Assembly (NCBI RefSeq): GCF_009834535.1
Contig: NC_045697.1
Coordinates: 62,064,001 to 62,128,000, forward strand
Origin: Camelus ferus
Taxonomy: Eukaryota
Direction: 5' to 3'
Length of the DNA stretch: 64,000 nt
Of this stretch, positions 61,701-64,000 are shown in pieces; position 1 is the first letter of the stretch; each line of letters begins with the position of its first letter. Position numbers and translations under genes: made by a program. The notes below the pieces were generated by a model that was not told where the DNA came from, searched no databases, and saw only the letters and a program-made list of their open reading frames with translations.

Positions 61701-62659
61701 GAAGAGAATGTAATTTTTAATCTATAAAATGTGTACAGGAAAGCCTCCCTACTAATCATTTCTTTGCAAAGGGACCCCAAAATGCCCATTCACACCACCC
61801 CCAAGACTCAGAGTCTTGTTGAAACACAGGCCCCATCATCGTCATCACTCCCATTGTTCTTAAGAGTTTAAATCTTTTCAAGGACTCTTAAGACTTCTGT
61901 GGTGTCTTCAAAGAGAGGAATTATGCCTTAGTCACTTCTGTACACCCAGCACTAAGCATAATGCCCAACACAAAGTAATTGCTCAATTAGTATTCATTAA
62001 TTAGCTAAATAAATCACCAGCCCTTTTGCCCCCAAGTCAGATTATCACATTTATTTCTTAGCCCCTGTTGTGTTAATTAGATCAAGAGAAATATCAAAGC
62101 ATCAATGCACAGCACTGCCTTGTTTCTCTTCCTATTTTTCCAGGAGTGCACTTGGTCCCTGCATCCTGTGAATCATCACATCCACACCTACTGTGGGCAT
62201 TCACCCCACGCCACTCAGCAAAGACATGATGGCCAAAAAAGTCCAGTGTCCTCAAGCCCTTAGTGAACCTGGACAGATTCAGGAGGGACGTCACGTATCC
62301 ATTCTCTTGACCATCTGGGCCATCTCAGCCTCAGTCTTACAATGGGCATGTGGGATCTGATCGAGGTTCTTGGACACGATCACCTGTCCCCTGTGCATCA
62401 CACTTTACACAAAGTGGCAATTCAGAATCCCCATCAGGACTGCCAGAAAACTATCCAGTCTAATGTATGATCACAAAGGGCCAGGCCCTGGAAGACAAAG
62501 ACAAAGGGAACTGCTTGCTGCCACATGGCTCTGCCAACCATGTGGAGGACAGGATGATGGCATGATGCCCAGTAGCTGCTACTGGGTGACCTGATTGAGA
62601 GAACCAAGGAAAGAAAGCACGTTCAGGCAAAGCCCACCAGCTTATATTACTACTGGAAA

Positions 62660-63450
62660 CGCCCATACCCTTTGACTCACTAACTCTATTCTAGGAAATT
62701 TATTCTATAGAAATACTTCCCCATAGGCACAAAAGCATATGTAAAAGCATATTGATCACAACAGCATTGGCTTTAGCAAAAAAAAGAATCACAATTTAAA
62801 TGTCAAGTAATAGGAAACTAGACATAATATGAAATGCTATCCAAGTATAAACAGACCAGCTAATCCTCATGTAGCACTCATACAACAACATGCCAGGATC
62901 TGTTCTAAGTACGTTCCATCTGTTTAACTCTTTTAAAACTCCAAGTATCCTATGAGGGAGGTTACTGTTATTAACCCCACTTGACAGTTGAAGAAACTGA
63001 GGCTCAGAGCAGTTAAGTCTCCTAGGATCCAGGATCTGACAGTTAAGTTCCCAAGATCACTCAGCTAATATATGATGGATCCAGGATTCAGAAGGGAAAC
63101 GGTATGGGTCTAAAGTCCACACTGTTAACAACACATCATATAACACCAAAATGTGAGCACTATCCAAAGTCAGCTCTGTGGCCAGCCCAACAGATGACCA
63201 CCAGCAAGAATGAGTTCAATTTTAATTTCCCAGGACACAGAGATAAATGCAATGTATTGTTAAGTGAAAAAAGCAAATTGCAAAAAAATCTAGACTGTTT
63301 TTTACTTTTAAAAACTCTAGACAGAAATAAATGCATAGATAAAAACATCTGAAAATGCTTACCAGATTGCTAACAGTGGTTACCTCTGGGAGAAAGGACT
63401 AGAAGAGGAGGTGGGGAGGCCAGGGAAACTGTTACAATCTATCTTAGACT
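62660..63450 (+). mobile_element. Old L1ME-like 3' region split by a MIR (62860-63140, minus)
   Basis: cataccctttgac...tctaggaaatttat...; gtattgttaagtgaaaaaagcaa...aacagtggttacctctggg. Confidence 0.75.
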
Positions 63451-63769
63451 CTTCCATTTTATTTGAATTTTATAAACATGGATTCCTTTCGTAACTTTGA
63501 AAAGAAAAAAAAAATGAATAAAGAAAAACGAGTTTCCCAGGGAGAGCCCATCAAGAAGCAGACTGGAAAAAGAAAAAAAAGCAGAGCTTGTGAGGAAGGC
63601 CAGTTTAGGGGATCTTCCTTCCAGTACAGAGCTTCTTTCACAAAAAGGCAGAGTCACAAGGGCGCAACTGAAGTACATGGGCCCCAAGCTGAAGTGCTAC
63701 CGATCATGCATACAAGCGGTCATGTATTTGACTCTGGTTCGCTCAGCAGCTGCTGGGCATACAGGACGG

Positions 63770-64000
63770 TGTGCTTTAGTGGCAAGAGCTCTGGGTTTGA
63801 GGTCAGAGGGCCTGGGTTGGAGTCCTAGCTCTACCGCTCACAAGCTGTATGATCTTGGGCCACGCAGCTCTCTGGGCCTTGGTGTCACCTTCTGTAAAAT
63901 GTAGATAATAGTACCCACTGCACAACGTTGTTCTGAGATTCAGCGAGAAGATGTGCCGGTGTCAAGCTCCGGGCCCGTGATCTCCTAGGCATGCATTTGA
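63770..64000 (+). mobile_element. MIR SINE
   Basis: agtggcaagagctctgggtttgaggtcag...gctgtatgatcttgggc...tctgtaaaatg. Confidence 0.85.

Noticed and set aside
1..64000. ORFs in the six-frame track as protein-coding genes
   Set aside because: All are under 150 aa, many begin at non-ATG codons or lie in MIR/L1/L2/LTR sequence, and none resembles a protein family I recognise or forms a consistent exon chain

Overview
Mammalian (eutherian) non-coding genomic DNA, most likely camelid. That inference rests on two tRNA-Ala-derived Vic-1-type SINEs and camelid-type L1 3' ends. I can support no protein-coding exon, RNA gene or CRISPR array; the ORFs in the track look like chance ORFs, many inside repeats. 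A large part of the window is old interspersed repeat (MIR, L2, L3/CR1, MaLR/ERVL LTRs, hAT and mariner fossils) plus younger L1 and SINE insertions with target-site duplications (TSDs). Between them are repeat-free blocks that may be enhancers, as in a long intron or gene desert. The most unusual element is a ~1.1 kb CpG-rich insert (27989-29075) that splits a MIR. On the minus strand it reads GC box, TCTCGCGAGA, YY1-like site, splice donor, A13, so it looks like a transplanted promoter plus first exon. Other oddities are a ~160 bp local direct duplication (16925-17090 / 17589-17751), a ~140 bp probable retrocopy of an mRNA 3' end (13478-13619), an L1 fragment truncated at both ends, and an intact solo LTR. 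Repeat family names are recalled from consensus sequences by eye, and boundaries are approximate unless a TSD is given.
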